DNA of 64,000 bases from Nemertoderma westbladi (GCA_032718475.1 JAUCBJ010004931.1:100-64099), one strand, 5' to 3'; counted from the stretch's first letter, positions 1-14,727 are shown. Made by a program: numbers and translations. The notes: generated by a model not told the origin, from the sequence alone.

Positions 1-930
1 TTAAACTGTTGAATGACTATTGGTTAACAAGAGTTCTTCGACGAGAAGGACGTATTACTACCTACCTTCGTTCTCGTATGAACCTAGGAGTCCTAGATGA
101 CAAGACTTACCACCAAATCAGACCCAGGGGAAGCCGACTTGGAGTGCTTTGCGGTCTCGCTAAAGTACATTAAGATGGTGTCCCTCTAAGACCCATTCTT
201 TCAGCCACTAACGATCCGTCCTACAAACTAGCGAAATTCCTTGTCCCTATTATACAACCGTGTACCATAAGTGAATTTTCTGTAAAAGACTGATTTTCTT
301 TTGTCAATGGAATTTGTAATACAATACTCACTTCAATTCCCCGGTCCACTTTATGTAGTTTCGATGTCAAATCCCTTTTCACAAATATTCCCCTAGATGA
401 AACCATAGAAATTATAGTTAATAACCTGTTTGATGAGCCACTTCCCCTTACGCGCCCTTTGAATTCCTTTACAGCCCTTAATTATGTACAAACTGCGCAT
501 GGTTTCACCAGTAATCAGTTTAAAACCTTGTTAAAATTATCTGTCAAAGACTGTTGTTTTGTTTGTAATGATAAATTATATAATCAGATTGATGGCGTTG
601 GTATGGGGTCCCCCCTCGGCCCTGTATTAGCAAATGCGTTTTTAGCTCATTATGAACAGACCAGAGAAGCTGCCCATCCTCCTACTTGGCCGTACCATAC
701 GACACCTTGGGAAACGCATTGAGGAACACACTGTTAAGACCTGCCGCACGGGTAGGTTCTCTGTCCCTGAAGATTCCGCTATTTTTGACCATTCTATTTC
801 CTGTGACCACCCCATTCTTACTGATAATTTTAAAATTCTCGCAACTGGCAAATATATTCTAGAACTCAATATTAAAGAAACACTTTACACCCTCCCTTAA
901 TGACCACACCACGTCCATTGAACTACTTAT
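1..930 (+). mobile_element. Penelope-like element fragment (RT plus GIY-YIG endonuclease), internally deleted, with stops
   Basis: Translated motifs GLAKVH*DGVPLRPILSA, SFDVKSLFTNIP and QIDGVGMGSPLGPVLANAF (PLE RT), followed directly by GRTIRHLGKRIEEH...SAIFDH...NFKIL...LNIKE (GIY-YIG C-half). Confidence 0.85.
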
Positions 931-1881
931 ACTTTTAGTTATTCCCCCCCCCCCCCCCCCTCACGATCTGCTTGTCCAAGTCCCCCCCCCCCCCCCCCCC
1001 CCCCCTTTCATATTAGTCTAATATTTATGTTCAAATATTTCTTTCTTTTCTATTTTTCAAAATTTAATTATATTTCTTCAAAATTCAGTGCAATTATTTA
1101 TAATGTTATTTTATTATTGTCTATAACTACAGTAAAACCGGTAGCCTACCTACAGTACGTAAGCAGACAGTCTGATATGTGTTATATATTGTGTTTTCCA
1201 TTTATAATATATTATTACCTAAACCGGAGGAGCATGATCCAAGGATGGTCTTTTCTAACATATAAAACTAATACAGTAAAGGCGGTATTACTACGCGGGA
1301 AGGAGTACGTTACAAGGCCGTTTTTTTCTAATCAAAACAATAAACACGCTATCACAAACTATTTTCTCGTAGTTATAGTAAACATGTAAACACAGTCAAT
1401 CTGTGTTATTATTATTTTTGTATTTTGATTCTGTGTTTTTTGTTTTGAATTACTAATTTTATTGCGAACTAATTATTTTTGGTAATAGATTAATTATTTT
1501 TGGAGGTATTTTAGTTATTTTTGGTGACAACCAAAACCGTTTGGTACCTACTCTAATATGGTATAAATGAAAAAATATAAAAAAGTAATTTTGGTGATAT
1601 AAATATAAATTTTGTTTCGTAATTTATTTGGTGCGCTTGCGAATTAGCAATATTAGTTGATAGACGATAGCCAGACAGTCCTAAAACGCATAAAATAAAT
1701 TGTGAAGGAATTAATCCAAAATATACCAGCTAATGAACATTTTAAACGCCAGGCTCTGGTGGGTGTAGTTACTTTGCACTGGTCAGTGGCCATAGAGAAT
1801 AAAATACTTCACCCAGTGGCTTCTCATTGGAATGTTACCAAGTCCGACTCAAGTGAGATTACATCCATACCCTACATAGAT

Positions 1882-4800
1882 GCCCTACACTCCCACTCGA
1901 GACATTGTCCTCCCCCTACACTCCCACTCCAGACATTGTCCTCCCATTCTCGGAACTACACTCCCACTCGAGACATTGTCCTCCCCCTACACTCCCACTC
2001 GAGACATTGTCCTCCCCCTACACTCCCACTCGAGACATTGTCCTCCCCCTACACTCCCACTCGAGACATTGTCCTCCCCCTACACTCCCACTCGAGACAT
2101 TGTCCTCCCCCTACACTCCCACTCGAGACATTGTCCTCCCCCTACACTCCCACTCGAGACATTGTCCTCCCACCTACACTCCCACTCGAGACATTGTCCT
2201 CCCCCTACACTCCCACTCGAGACATTGTCCTCCCCCTACACTCCCACTCGAGACATTGTCCTCCCCCTACACTCCCACTCGAGACATTGTCCTCCCCCTA
2301 CACTCCCACTCGAGACATTGTCCTCCCCCTACACTCCCACTCGAGACATTGTCCTCCCCCTACACTCCCACTCGAGACATTGTCCTCCCATTCTCGGAAC
2401 TAGCCCTACACTCCCACTCGAGACATTGTCCTCCCCCTACACTCCCACTCGAGACATTGTCCTCCCATTCTCGGAACTAGCCCTACACTCCCACTCGAGA
2501 CATTGTCCTCCCCCTACACTCCCACTCGAGACATTGTCCTCCCCCTACACTCCCACTCCAGACATTGTCCTCCCATTCTCGGAACTACACTCCCACTCGA
2601 GACATTGTCCTCCCCCTACACTCCCACTCGAGACATTGTCCTCCCCCTACACTCCCACTCGAGACATTGTCCTCCCCCTACACTCCCACTCGAGACATTG
2701 TCCTCCCCTTACACTCCCACTCGAGACATTGTCCTCCCATTCTCGGAACTAGCCCTACACTCCCACTCGAGACATTGTCCTCCCCCTACACTCCCACTCC
2801 AGACATTGTCCTCCCATTCTCGGAACTACACTCCCACTCGAGACATTGTCCTCCCCCTACACTCCTACTCGAGACATTGTCCTCCCCCTACACCCCCACT
2901 CGAGACATTGTCCTCCCATTCTCGGAACTAGCCCTTCACTCCCACTCGAGACGTTGTCCTCCCCCTACACTCCCACTCGAGACATTGTCCTCCCCCTACA
3001 CTCCCACTACAGACATTGTCCTCCCATTCTCGGAACTACACTCCCACTCGAGACATTGTCCTCCCCCTACACTCCCACTCGAGACATTGTCCTCCCCCTA
3101 CACTCCCACTCGAGACATTGTCCTCCCCCTATACTCCCACTCCAGACATTGTCCTCCCATTCTCGGAACTACACTCCCACTCGAGACATTGTCCTCCTCC
3201 TACACTCCCACTCGAGACATTGTCCTCCCCCTACACTCCCACTCGAGACATTGTCCTCCCCTTACACTCCCACTCGAGACATTGTCCTCCCATTCTCGGA
3301 ACTAGCCCTACACTCCCACTCGAGACATTGTCCTCCCCCTACACTCCCACTCCAGACATTGTCCTCCCATTCTCGGAACTACACTCCCACTCGAGACATT
3401 GTCCTCCCCCTACACTCCTACTCGAGACATTGTCCCCCCCCCCCCTACACTCCCACTCGAGACATTGTCCTCCCCCTATACTCCCACTCCAGACATTGTC
3501 CTCCCATTCTCGGAACTACACTCCCACTCGAGACATTGTCCTCCCCCTACACTCCCACTCGAGACATTGTCCTCCCCCTACACTCCCACTCGAGACATTG
3601 TCCTCACACTACACTCCCACTCGAGACATTGTCCTCCCCCTACACTCCCACTCGAGACATTGTCCTCCCATTCTCGGAACTAGCCCTACACTCCCACTCG
3701 AGACATTGTCCTCCCCTTACACTCCCACTCGAGACATTGTCCTCCCATTCTCGGAACTAGCCCTACACTCCCACTCGAGACATTGTCCTCCCCCTACACT
3801 CCCACTCGAGACATTGTCCTCCCATTCTCGGAACTAGCCCTACACTCCCACTCGAGACATTGTCCTCCCCTCTACACTCCCACTCGAGACATTGTCCTCC
3901 CATTCTCGGAACTACACTCCCACTCGAGACATTGTCCTCCCCCTACACTCCTACTCGAGACATTGTCCCCCCCCCCCTACACTCCCACTCGAGACATTGT
4001 CCTCCCCCTACACTCCCACTCGAGACATTGTCCTCCCATTCTCGGACTACACTCCCACTCGAGACATTGTCCTCCCCCTACACTCCCACTCGAGACATTG
4101 TCCTCCCCCTACACTCCCACTCCAGACATTGTCCTCCCATTCTCGGAACTACACTCCCACTCGAGACATTGTCCTCCCCCTACACTCCTACTCGAGACAT
4201 TGTCCTCCCCCTACACTCCCACTCGAGACATTGTCCTCCCATTCTCGGAACTATCACTCCCACTCGAGACATTGTCCTCCCCCTACACTCCCACTCGAGA
4301 CATTGTCCTCCCCCTACACTCCCACTCGAGACATTGTCCTCCACCACTACACTCCCACTCGAGACATTGTCCTCCCCCTACACTCCCACTCGAGACATTG
4401 TCCTCCCCCTACACTCCCACTCGAGACATTGTCCTCCCCCTATACTCCCACTCCAGACATTGTCCTCCCATTCTCGGAACTACACTCCCACTCGAGACAT
4501 TGTCCTCCTCCTACACTCCCACTCGAGACATTGTCCTCCCCCTACACTCCCACTCGAGACATTGTCCTCCCCTTACACTCCCACTCGAGACATTGTCCTC
4601 CCATTCTCGGAACTAGCCCTACACTCCCACTCGAGACATTGTCCTCCCCCTACACTCCCACTCCAGACATTGTCCTCCCATTCTCGGAACTACACTCCCA
4701 CTCGAGACATTGTCCTCCCCCTACACTCCTACTCGAGACATTGTCCCCCCCCCCCTACACTCCCACTCGAGACATTGTCCTCCCCCTATACTCCCACTCC

Positions 4801-7800
4801 AGACATTGTCCTCCCATTCTCGGAACTACACTCCCACTCGAGACATTGTCCTCCCCCTACACTCCCACTCGAGACATTGTCCTCCCCCTACACTCCCACT
4901 CGAGACATTGTCCTCACACTACACTCCCACTCGAGACATTGTCCTCCCCTTACACTCCCACTCGAGACATTGTCCTCCCATTCTCGGAACTAGCCCTACA
5001 CTCCCACTCGAGACATTGTCCTCCCCTTACACTCCCACTCGAGACATTGTCCTCCCATTCTCGGAACTAGCCCTACACTCCCACTCGAGACATTGTCCTC
5101 CCCCTACACTCCCACTCGAGACATTGTCCTCCCATTCTCGGAACTAGCCCTACACTCCCACTCGAGACATTGTCCTCCCCCTACACTCCCACTCCAGACA
5201 TTGTCCTCCCATTCTCGGAACTACACTCCCACTCGAGACATTGTCCTCCCCCTACACTCCTACTCGAGACATTGTCCTCCCCCTACACCCCCACTCGAGA
5301 CATTGTCCTCCCATTCTCGGAACTAGCCCTTCACTCCCACTCGAGACGTTGTCCTCCCCCTACACTCCCACTCGAGACATTGTCCTCCCCCTACACTCCC
5401 ACTACAGACATTGTCCTCCCATTCTCGGAACTACACTCCCACTCGAGACATTGTCCTCCCCCTACACTCCCACTCGAGACATTGTCCTCCCCCTACACTC
5501 CCACTCGAGACATTGTCCTCCCCCTATACTCCCACTCCAGACATTGTCCTCCCATTCTCGGAACTACACTCCCACTCGAGACATTGTCCTCCTCCTACAC
5601 TCCCACTCGAGACATTGTCCTCCCCCTACACTCCCACTCGAGACATTGTCCTCCCCTTACACTCCCACTCGAGACATTGTCCTCCCATTCTCGGAACTAG
5701 CCCTACACTCCCACTCGAGACATTGTCCTCCCCCTACACTCCCACTCCAGACATTGTCCTCCCATTCTCGGAACTACACTCCCACTCGAGACATTGTCCT
5801 CCCCCTACACTCCTACTCGAGACATTGTCCCCCCCCCCCTACACTCCCACTCGAGACATTGTCCTCCCCCTATACTCCCACTCCAGACATTGTCCTCCCA
5901 TTCTCGGAACTACACTCCCACTCGAGACATTGTCCTCCCCCTACACTCCCACTCGAGACATTGTCCTCCCCCTACACTCCCACTCGAGACATTGTCCTCC
6001 CCCTACACTCCCACTCGAGACATTGTCCTCCCCCTACACTCCCACTCGAGACATTGTCCTCCCATTCTCGGAACTAGCCCTACACTCCCACTCGAGACAT
6101 TGTCCTCCCCCTACACTCCCACTCGAGACATTGTCCTCCCATTCTCGGAACTAGCCCTACACTCCCACTCGAGACATTGTCCTCCCCCTACACTCCCACT
6201 CGAGACATTGTCCTCCCCCTACACTCCCACTCCAGACATTTTCCTCCCATTCTCGGAACTACACTCCCACTCGAGACATTGTCCTCCCCCTACACTCCCA
6301 CTCGAGACATTGTCCTCCCCCTACACTCCCACTCGAGACATTGTCCTCCCCCTACACTCCCACTCGAGACATTGTCCTCCCCTTACACTCCCACTCGAGA
6401 CATTGTCCTCCCATTCTCGGAACTAGCCCTACACTCCCACTCGAGACATTGTCCTCCCCCTACACTCCCACTCCAGACATTGTCCTCCCATTCTCGGAAC
6501 TACACTCCCACTCGAGACATTGTCCTCCCCCTACACTCCTACTCGAGACATTGTCCTCCCCCTACACCCCCACTCGAGACATTGTCCTCCCATTCTCGGA
6601 ACTAGCCCTTCACTCCCACTCGAGACGTTGTCCTCCCCCTACACTCCCACTCGAGACATTGTCCTCCCCCTACACTCCCACTACAGACATTGTCCTCCCA
6701 TTCTCGGAACTACACTCCCACTCGAGACATTGTCCTCCCCCTACACTCCCACTCGAGACATTGTCCTCCCCCTACACTCCCACTCGAGACATTGTCCTCC
6801 CCCTATACTCCCACTCCAGACATTGTCCTCCCATTCTCGGAACTACACTCCCACTCGAGACATTGTCCTCCTCCTACACTCCCACTCGAGACATTGTCCT
6901 CCCCCTACACTCCCACTCGAGACATTGTCCTCCCCTTACACTCCCACTCGAGACATTGTCCTCCCATTCTCGGAACTAGCCCTACACTCCCACTCGAGAC
7001 ATTGTCCTCCCCCTACACTCCCACTCCAGACATTGTCCTCCCATTCTCGGAACTACACTCCCACTCGAGACATTGTCCTCCCCCTACACTCCTACTCGAG
7101 ACATTGTCCCCCCCCCCCTACACTCCCACTCGAGACATTGTCCTCCCCCTATACTCCCACTCCAGACATTGTCCTCCCATTCTCGGAACTACACTCCCAC
7201 TCGAGACATTGTCCTCCCCCTACACTCCCACTCGAGACATTGTCCTCCCCCTACACTCCCACTCGAGACATTGTCCTCACACTACACTCCCACTCGAGAC
7301 ATTGTCCTCCCCTTACACTCCCACTCGAGACATTGTCCTCCCATTCTCGGAACTAGCCCTACACTCCCACTCGAGACATTGTCCTCCCCTTACACTCCCA
7401 CTCGAGACATTGTCCTCCCATTCTCGGAACTAGCCCTACACTCCCACTCGAGACATTGTCCTCCCCCTACACTCCCACTCGAGACATTGTCCTCCCATTC
7501 TCGGAACTAGCCCTACACTCCCACTCGAGACATTGTCCTCCCCTTACACTCCCACTCGAGACATTGTCCTCCCATTCTCGGAACTAGCCCTACACTCCCA
7601 CTCGAGACATTGTCCTCCCCCTACACTCCTACTCGAGACATTGTCCCCCCCCCCCCTACACTCCCACTCGAGACATTGTCCTCCCCCTATACTCCCACTC
7701 CAGACATTGTCCTCCCATTCTCGGAACTACACTCCCACTCGAGACATTGTCCTCCCCCTACACTCCCACTCGAGACATTGTCCTCCCCCTACACTCCCAC

Positions 7801-8575
7801 TCGAGACATTGTCCTCCCACTACACTCCCACTCGAGACATTGTCCTCCCCTTACACTCCCACTCGAGACATTGTCCTCCCATTCTCGGAACTAGCCCTAC
7901 ACTCCCACTCGAGACATTGTCCTCCCCTTACACTCCCACTCGAGACATTGTCCTCCCATTCTCGGAACTAGCCCTACACTCCCACTCGAGACATTGTCCT
8001 CCCCCTACACTCCCACTCGAGACATTGTCCTCCCATTCTCGGAACTAGCCCTTCACTCCCACTCGAGACGTTGTCCTCCCCATACACTCCCACTCGAGAC
8101 ATTGTCCTCCCCCTACACTCCCACTCCAGACATTGTCCTCCCATTCTCGGAACTACACTCCCACTCGAGACATTGTCCTCCCCCTACACTCCCACTCGAG
8201 ACATTGTCCTGCCCCTACACTCCCACTCGAGACATTGTCCTCCCCCTATACTCCCACTGCAGACATTGTCCTCCCATTCTCGGAACTACACTCCCACTCG
8301 AGACATTGTCCTCCCCCTACACTCCCACTCGAGACATTGTCCTCCCCCTACACTCCCACTCGAGACATTGTCCTCCCATTCTCGGAACTAGCCCTACACT
8401 CCCACTCGAGACATTGTCCTCCCCCTACACTCCCACTCGAGACATTGTCCTCCCCCTACACTCCCACTCGAGACATTGTCCTCCCATTCTCGGAACTAGC
8501 CCTACACTCCCACTCGAGACATTGTCCTCCCCCTACACTCCCACTCGAGACATTGTCCTCCCATTCTCGGAACTA
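1882..8575. repeat. C-rich minisatellite: 31-bp unit TACACTCCCACTCGAGACATTGTCCTCCCCC with 40-bp and 46-bp variants, roughly 200 units
   Basis: Tandem array seen directly. Variants add ATTCTCGGAAC or ATTCTCGGAACTAGCCC. The overlapping repetitive ORFs in all three + frames come from the repeat. Confidence 0.97.
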
Positions 8576-9648
8576 TTTTCTCTCAACTTTCTCTCACCTT
8601 ATTCCATCCTACTGAGAATATTCTGATTAAGTGAAGCTTTTGTTGCCAATTTATCCGTCGCAGCATGCACCGCACCCTCTGGCAATTCTTAAATAATCAT
8701 TGACTTTTAATTAATTTTATGGGAAACAGAATGGGCCAGTACAAGTAACAACCTGGGCTAAGCCTAAGGCACCGAGAGAATTACTCAGATTGTAATGGGG
8801 AGGGTGTGAGGGGACTTTCGACGCAATACAAATTCATTCCTCTCCTGGGGAAAATCGATGCAATTAACAGCTGATTACTACCAAATATAAAACTGTAAAT
8901 TAACTTTCGTGTATTGTATTGGTTTGAAGAACGTGCCACTGAAACCTGTTCCTTTCCCTTAGTTGGTAATTTTACATTGAGGCGAAATATTAATTCGCAT
9001 AGAAGGGATTTGCGTCGAGTTTCCAACCCTATCCAGGCACCCCACTGCTGCGTTTTAATTTTGAGTGGGATGTCTCACCCTATCTCCAATTACGAGGAAC
9101 ACAATCATAATAAATGTAATAACAATTCGTCTTTACAATGAATATTGTAAATAACTATTTAAACATTTGTTATAGAAATGTAAAAATGTAAGGCAGTGTG
9201 AATGGGATTAAATAGTTATTAACAAAAGATTATCAAAAAATATATTGTAAATCACTACAAAATATAACTTAAAGAAACATAAAATATTCACTTGTAAAAA
9301 TGTAAGTCAGTAAATACGAATAATCAAGAACATTGGCCTGTAACAACAGAATCTAAGTAAGAAACTGTCACACAAAAATGCAATTACGATATACATCAAT
9401 CAAGTTGTCAAATATTAAAAATAAAAGATATGAACAAATAATTATTACAGACAAAACGGATTAAACGTCTACCAGCTGTGTAAACAGCGGAAATAAAGGA
9501 ATTAAAGATTGGAAAATGGCAGGGGATACAGCCTGATACTTTGTGAAATATCCTGTGTCTGAGTCTGTACCAGTCTGTACTCACAGATATATGGATTTTC
9601 TGCATGTGTCGTAAACCATCATATTCATATTCATATTCATAATCACAT

Positions 9649-10345
9649 TTAATTATTAATTAAATATTTAAATTAATTATTAATTAAATATTTAAATTAA
9701 TTATTAATTAAATATTTAAATTAATTATTAATTAAATATTTAAATTAATTATTAATTAAATATATAAATTAATTATTAATTAAATATTTAAATTAATTAT
9801 TAATTAAATATATAAATTAATTATTAATTAAATATTTAAATTAATTATTAATTAAATATTTAAATTAATTATTAATTAAATATTTAACTTAATTATTAAT
9901 TAAATATTTAAATTAATTATTAATTAAATATTTAAATTAATTATTAATTAAATATTTAAATTAATTATTAATTAAATATTTAAATTAATTATTAATTAAA
10001 TATTTAAATTAATTATTAATTAAATATTTAAATTAATTATTAATTAAATATTTAAATTAATTATTAATTAAATATTTAAATTAATTATTAATTAAATATT
10101 TAAATTAATTATTAATGAAATATTTAAATTAATTATTAATTAAATATTTAAATTAATTATTAATTAAATATTTAAATTAATTATTAATTAAATATCTAAA
10201 TTAATTATTAATTAAATATTTAAATTAATTATTAATTAAATATTTAAATTAATTATTAATTAAATATTTAAATTAATTATTAATTAAATACCTAAATTAA
10301 TTATTAATTAAATATTTAAATTAATTATTAATTAAATATTTAAAT
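9649..10345. repeat. A/T-only 24-bp tandem repeat TTAATTATTAATTAAATATTTAAA, about 29 copies
   Basis: Tandem array seen directly, with only a few C/G substitutions. Confidence 0.97.
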
Positions 10346-10692
10346 TATTTAAATATTTTAAATTAATCATTATTTAAATATTAAATATTTAATCTTTTAA
10401 AAGCTGTATTAACATATAAGCTGCTTTAACAGTAAATTTTTGCCAGCGATCACCTTGTAACCACGGCGCATGTTGCTTAGTGACCGTGTTTGAAACACGG
10501 CCCCTTTTATAATGCATATATAATTAACGACAGCACCAGTCTTCCGGTAGCTTCATCCTTCATCATCCACTGAGAATCTATAGAACGTTTCGACTTTAAG
10601 GACATTACGAAGGATTCTAATATTTTTCCTATAATTGCGGTTTTACTCCAAATTTTTTTGTACATTTTACTTTTGTGTCTCGAAACTGCAAT

Positions 10693-11630
10693 TTAACCCT
10701 ATTAAACCCGGGGGGGGGGGGGGGGGTCAATATGACCCCCCGTGGTTTTTTGTTATATCTCTGAAACAAACGCAGTTGGGAATCTGAAATTTTATGACTT
10801 TTACGAAAAATCTATTGTCTTCCTAATAGTAAATGAACATTTTTTAACTCTACTTTTGGCACTTTTTTTGAGACGTTTTTTGAAAAATACATTTCATGAA
10901 TTATGATTTGTAATATCTCTATTGATGATTTACACCGGTTTTTTGCTGTTTGCAATAAGATGAACTCATATAAATTAATATAAAAATTTCAAACTTGCTT
11001 TTATCGGCGGGTGTCAAATTTTGGTGCTAGCACCAAACTTTGAAATTCTGTCAATTTTGTAAATTGATTGATTGTTTGAACCTATTTTTTACGCAATAGG
11101 GGTTTTTTGGGGTTCTGGTTTCGATGGAATATATACGAGTTGTACCATGCGTATCAAACTTGTATTTTTCTATGCTGTTTGGTATGATTTTTCGAATCCA
11201 TACAATAGTTAAATTGCTTGTGACATCTTATTTCTTGCGTTTTAGAGGTTTATGGCGGTTCTGAATTCAATGGAATAAATAAGTATTTAACTAGACATCT
11301 CAAACTTGTATTTTTCGGAAGTGGGTGCAAAATTTGGTGCAACACCAAATTTTGATAACCATCAAATATATCAATTTATTGATTGTGTCTCATCTTGTTT
11401 CATGCGTTATACGGGTTTATGAGGGACCTGAATCCGATGGAATCAATAAAAACAGCACTGGACACCTCAAACTTGTACTTTATGGTGATGGGTTCAAAAT
11501 TTGGTGCTAGCACTAAAATTTGCCTTATTACGCCGAAAAATACGAGTAGCAATGATCTGGCAAATTAAAAATGTATTTATTAGAATTAGCGCCCCAGAAA
11601 ACCTGAAAATGTGAATTTATAGCATCGTAT
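10693..11630 (+). mobile_element. Probable left end of a piggyBac-like non-autonomous DNA transposon
   Basis: TTAA|CCCTATTAAACCCGGG start. Only a partial inverted match (CCCGGGCTTAAT-TAA) at about 18601-18615, so the right end is uncertain. Confidence 0.4.
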
Positions 11631-12250
11631 AACCCTGCAAACCACCAACGTTAATCTAACGTTGGGTTTATGTTAGACATTCGTTAAAAAATGACAGTTA
11701 GAATTTAACCATAAACCTACGTTAAAATACGTTAGATTTCTGTCAATTTTTAACGTTAATTTTTACAGTAATTATACGTCAAAAATTGACAAATATCGGA
11801 CAATACCATATTTTTTAACGTTACTTTAACGTTAATTTTTAACGTTAATTTTTTACAGTAATTATACGTCAAAAATCAACAGAGATCTGACATTTCCAAA
11901 TTTTTTAACGTTGATTTAACGTTAATTTTTAACGTTTATTATTCATCAATGGATAACATATCTATGTCTAGCTGACCATCCGCTGACTTTGTTCATTTTT
12001 CTTATTTTGTTAATTTAGTTTAGTGTTACTTTGGTAATTTTTTAAATATTATTTTTAAATATTTGCCTTACTAGTCAGCATCTGTGTACCAGTACCAAGC
12101 GTACAGTATAAAAGTACAGTAAGTAAGCGTACAGTAGAAAAAGGGTGGAAAGAAGGATCTAGAAGATGCTAGTGGGGCTGAAGCCGATAGCGAAGATGAA
12201 TGAATATTATATATCGATAAAAACGTGGCCCTAATTACGTTACGGATAAT

Positions 12251-13500
12251 TTTATGACACTGGATGTACGTTTCGGTTAACTTTATGAAAGTGGATGTAC
12301 GTTTCGGTTAACTTTATGAAACTGGATGTACGTTTCGGTTAACTTTATGAAACTGGATGTACGTTTCGGTTAACTTTATGAAAGTGGATGTACGTTTCGG
12401 TTAACTTTATGAAACTGGATGTACGTTTCGGTTAACTTTATGAAACTGGATGTACGTTTCGGTTAACTTTATGAAACTGGATGTACGTTTCGGTTAACTT
12501 TATGAAACTGGATGTACGTTTCGGTTAACTTTATGAAACTGGATGTACGTTTCGGTTAACTTTATGAAACTGGATGTACGTTTCGGTTAACTTTATGAAA
12601 GTGGATGTACGTTTCGGTTAACTTTATGAAACTGGATGTACGTTTCGGTTAACTTTATGAAACTGGATGTACGTTTCGGTTAACTTTATGAAACTGGATG
12701 TACGTTTCGGTTAACTTTATGAAACTGGATGTACGTTTCGGTTAACTTTATGAAACTGGATGTACGTTTCGGTTAACTTTATGAAACTGGATGTACGTTT
12801 CGGTTAACTTTATGAAACTGGATGTACGTTTCGGTTAACTTTATGAAACTGGATGTACGTTTCGGTTAACTTTATGAAACTGGATGTACGTTTCGGTTAA
12901 CTTTATGAAACTGGATGTACGTTTCGGTTAACTTTATGAAAGTGGATGTACGTTTCGGTTAACTTTATGAAACTGGATGTACGTTTCGGTTAACTTTATG
13001 AAACTGGATGTACGTTTCGGTTAACTTTATGAAACTGGATGTACGTTTCGGTTAACTTTATGAAACTGGATGTACGTTTCGGTTAACTTTATGAAACTGG
13101 ATGTACGTTTCGGTTTACTTTATGAAACTGGATGTACGTTTCGGTTAACTTTATGAAACTGGATGTACGTTTCGGTTAACTTTATGAAACTGGATGTACG
13201 TTTCGGTTAACTTTATTAAAGTGGATATACGTTTCGGTTAACGTTATGAAAGTGGATGTTCGTTTCGGTTAACTTTATGAAACTGAATGTACGTTTCGGT
13301 TAACTTTATGAAACTGGATGTACGTTTCGGTTAACTTTATGAAAGTGGATGTACGTTTCGGTTAACGTTATGAAAGTGGATGTACGTTTCGGTTAACTTT
13401 ATGAAACTGGATGTACGTTTCGGTTAACTTTATGAAACTGGATGTACGTTTCGGTTAACTTTATGAAACTGGATGTACGTTTAGGTTAACTTTATGAAAC
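12251..13500. repeat. 31-bp minisatellite GAAACTGGATGTACGTTTCGGTTAACTTTAT, about 40 copies
   Basis: Highly homogeneous tandem array with no spacers. Confidence 0.97.
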
Positions 13501-13949
13501 GGATGAGTCCGGTAGCAACCTACGGGTCTCTGAACTATAGATCTAAGCCTAGCCTCCCATTGATTAATAAAAATTCCACACATTTCCAATTCCGAATTCC
13601 AAAAATTTCACATTTCTAAAGCCTACTTTATAGTGTTATAGAAATTAAATTCAGAATTTCATACAAGAAAAAATCATACATAATTATTGATTTTTTCATT
13701 GATCAATTACACGAGATTATGAATTTAAGCTTCTGGTTTTAACACTTGAATTTGTTCAAAATTACATTTCACTGTATGTAACTGGCAATTTGAAAATCTA
13801 TCGTAATGTGATAATAACGTGTATTATATTAATATTATATCTAATACATAATTAAAATGTATACATAATTATTATATGTAATATTGATTAATCATAAGTA
13901 ATGTATTAATTGTGAGTTAATACAATATAATTTTGTCAATATTAAATGG

Positions 13950-14727
13950 CAAAGTTGTCTTCGGCCGTTAGGCCAGGGAAAACATTACGCACAAAGTCTG
14001 ACGACTTGTTTCCAGATAAGTGGGCGTTCATAAAGTATGTCACGCACTAGGGGAGGGGGGGGGGGGTGGGTAGAGCTTTCGTGACATTTTGTGACAGGTG
14101 GTAGGGGGGTGTCGACCTTTGTGACGGTCACGGCGATGTTCTACGGTATGCTTTAATGTTAGAGTGTCTTTGACTAACACATTTGTAGATGAGTGGGAAA
14201 CTTAAACAATAAATTCAATAACATTGAATTTAATCCCTAACATTAACAGGACACCCCTGTCTAGTCTGCCTTTTACATGTACAGTATTGTAGTTTGAAGC
14301 TGCTAAAGTATGTATAGGCTTTTAGTAAGAACTACTTCAGTCAAAATGTTTCACTTTCTATTGTGCTTTCTAACTGTTATTAAATTACTGAAATAAAATA
14401 TTTTTCGTCTGGGGGGGGGGGGGGGGGTTATAAATTTACGAAAATAGGTTTTTGTGACAGAAGGGGGGGGGGGGGGGGTCAAAAAATGGAAAATTTGCGT
14501 GACATACTTTATGAACGCCACCTAATTTCACCATATTTTTATTCACCAGAGGATACTCCAGTACCCATTAAAGGACGCCCTTGAGAAATGCGTCCTAGCT
14601 CGTCCCTTTAAAGCGTTCGTCCTGAAACGAAAACTCTCCCGACCCCTTTGCGGGGATCGAACCCATGACCTCTGGAGAGATGTTAATTATAGGACTGGAT
14701 TAACACTACACAAACTAAAAGGGCGGG
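13950..14727 (-). mobile_element. tRNA-derived SINE-like element interrupted by a Harbinger MITE
   Basis: Minus strand reads TAGTTTGTGTAGTGTTAA...GAGGTCATGGGTTCGATCCCCGC (A-box-like, B-box GGTTCGATCC). Shares motifs with the copies at about 43075 and 55745. Confidence 0.6.
14020..14522. mobile_element. PIF/Harbinger-type MITE
   Basis: TIR GGCGTTCATAAAGTATGTCACGCA / TGCGTGACATACTTTATGAACGCC; TAA on both flanks (3-bp TWA TSD). Confidence 0.85.

Noticed and set aside
1702-8626. Dozens of Pro/Ser/His-rich ORFs
   Set aside because: They are translations of a stop-poor minisatellite, open in all three frames, with no unique coding sequence.
8781-9640. Possible 3' remnants of a CR1/L2-like LINE
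   Set aside because: Only a weak W..LETRR motif and a short (TATTCA)n run; too degenerate to call.
12251-13500. CRISPR-like 31-bp repeat containing GAAAC/GTTTC
   Set aside because: Head-to-tail with no spacers, no cas genes, eukaryotic context.
14630-14727. tRNA gene on the minus strand
   Set aside because: A B-box is present but there is no convincing cloverleaf, and it continues into a repeat body, so it was called a SINE.
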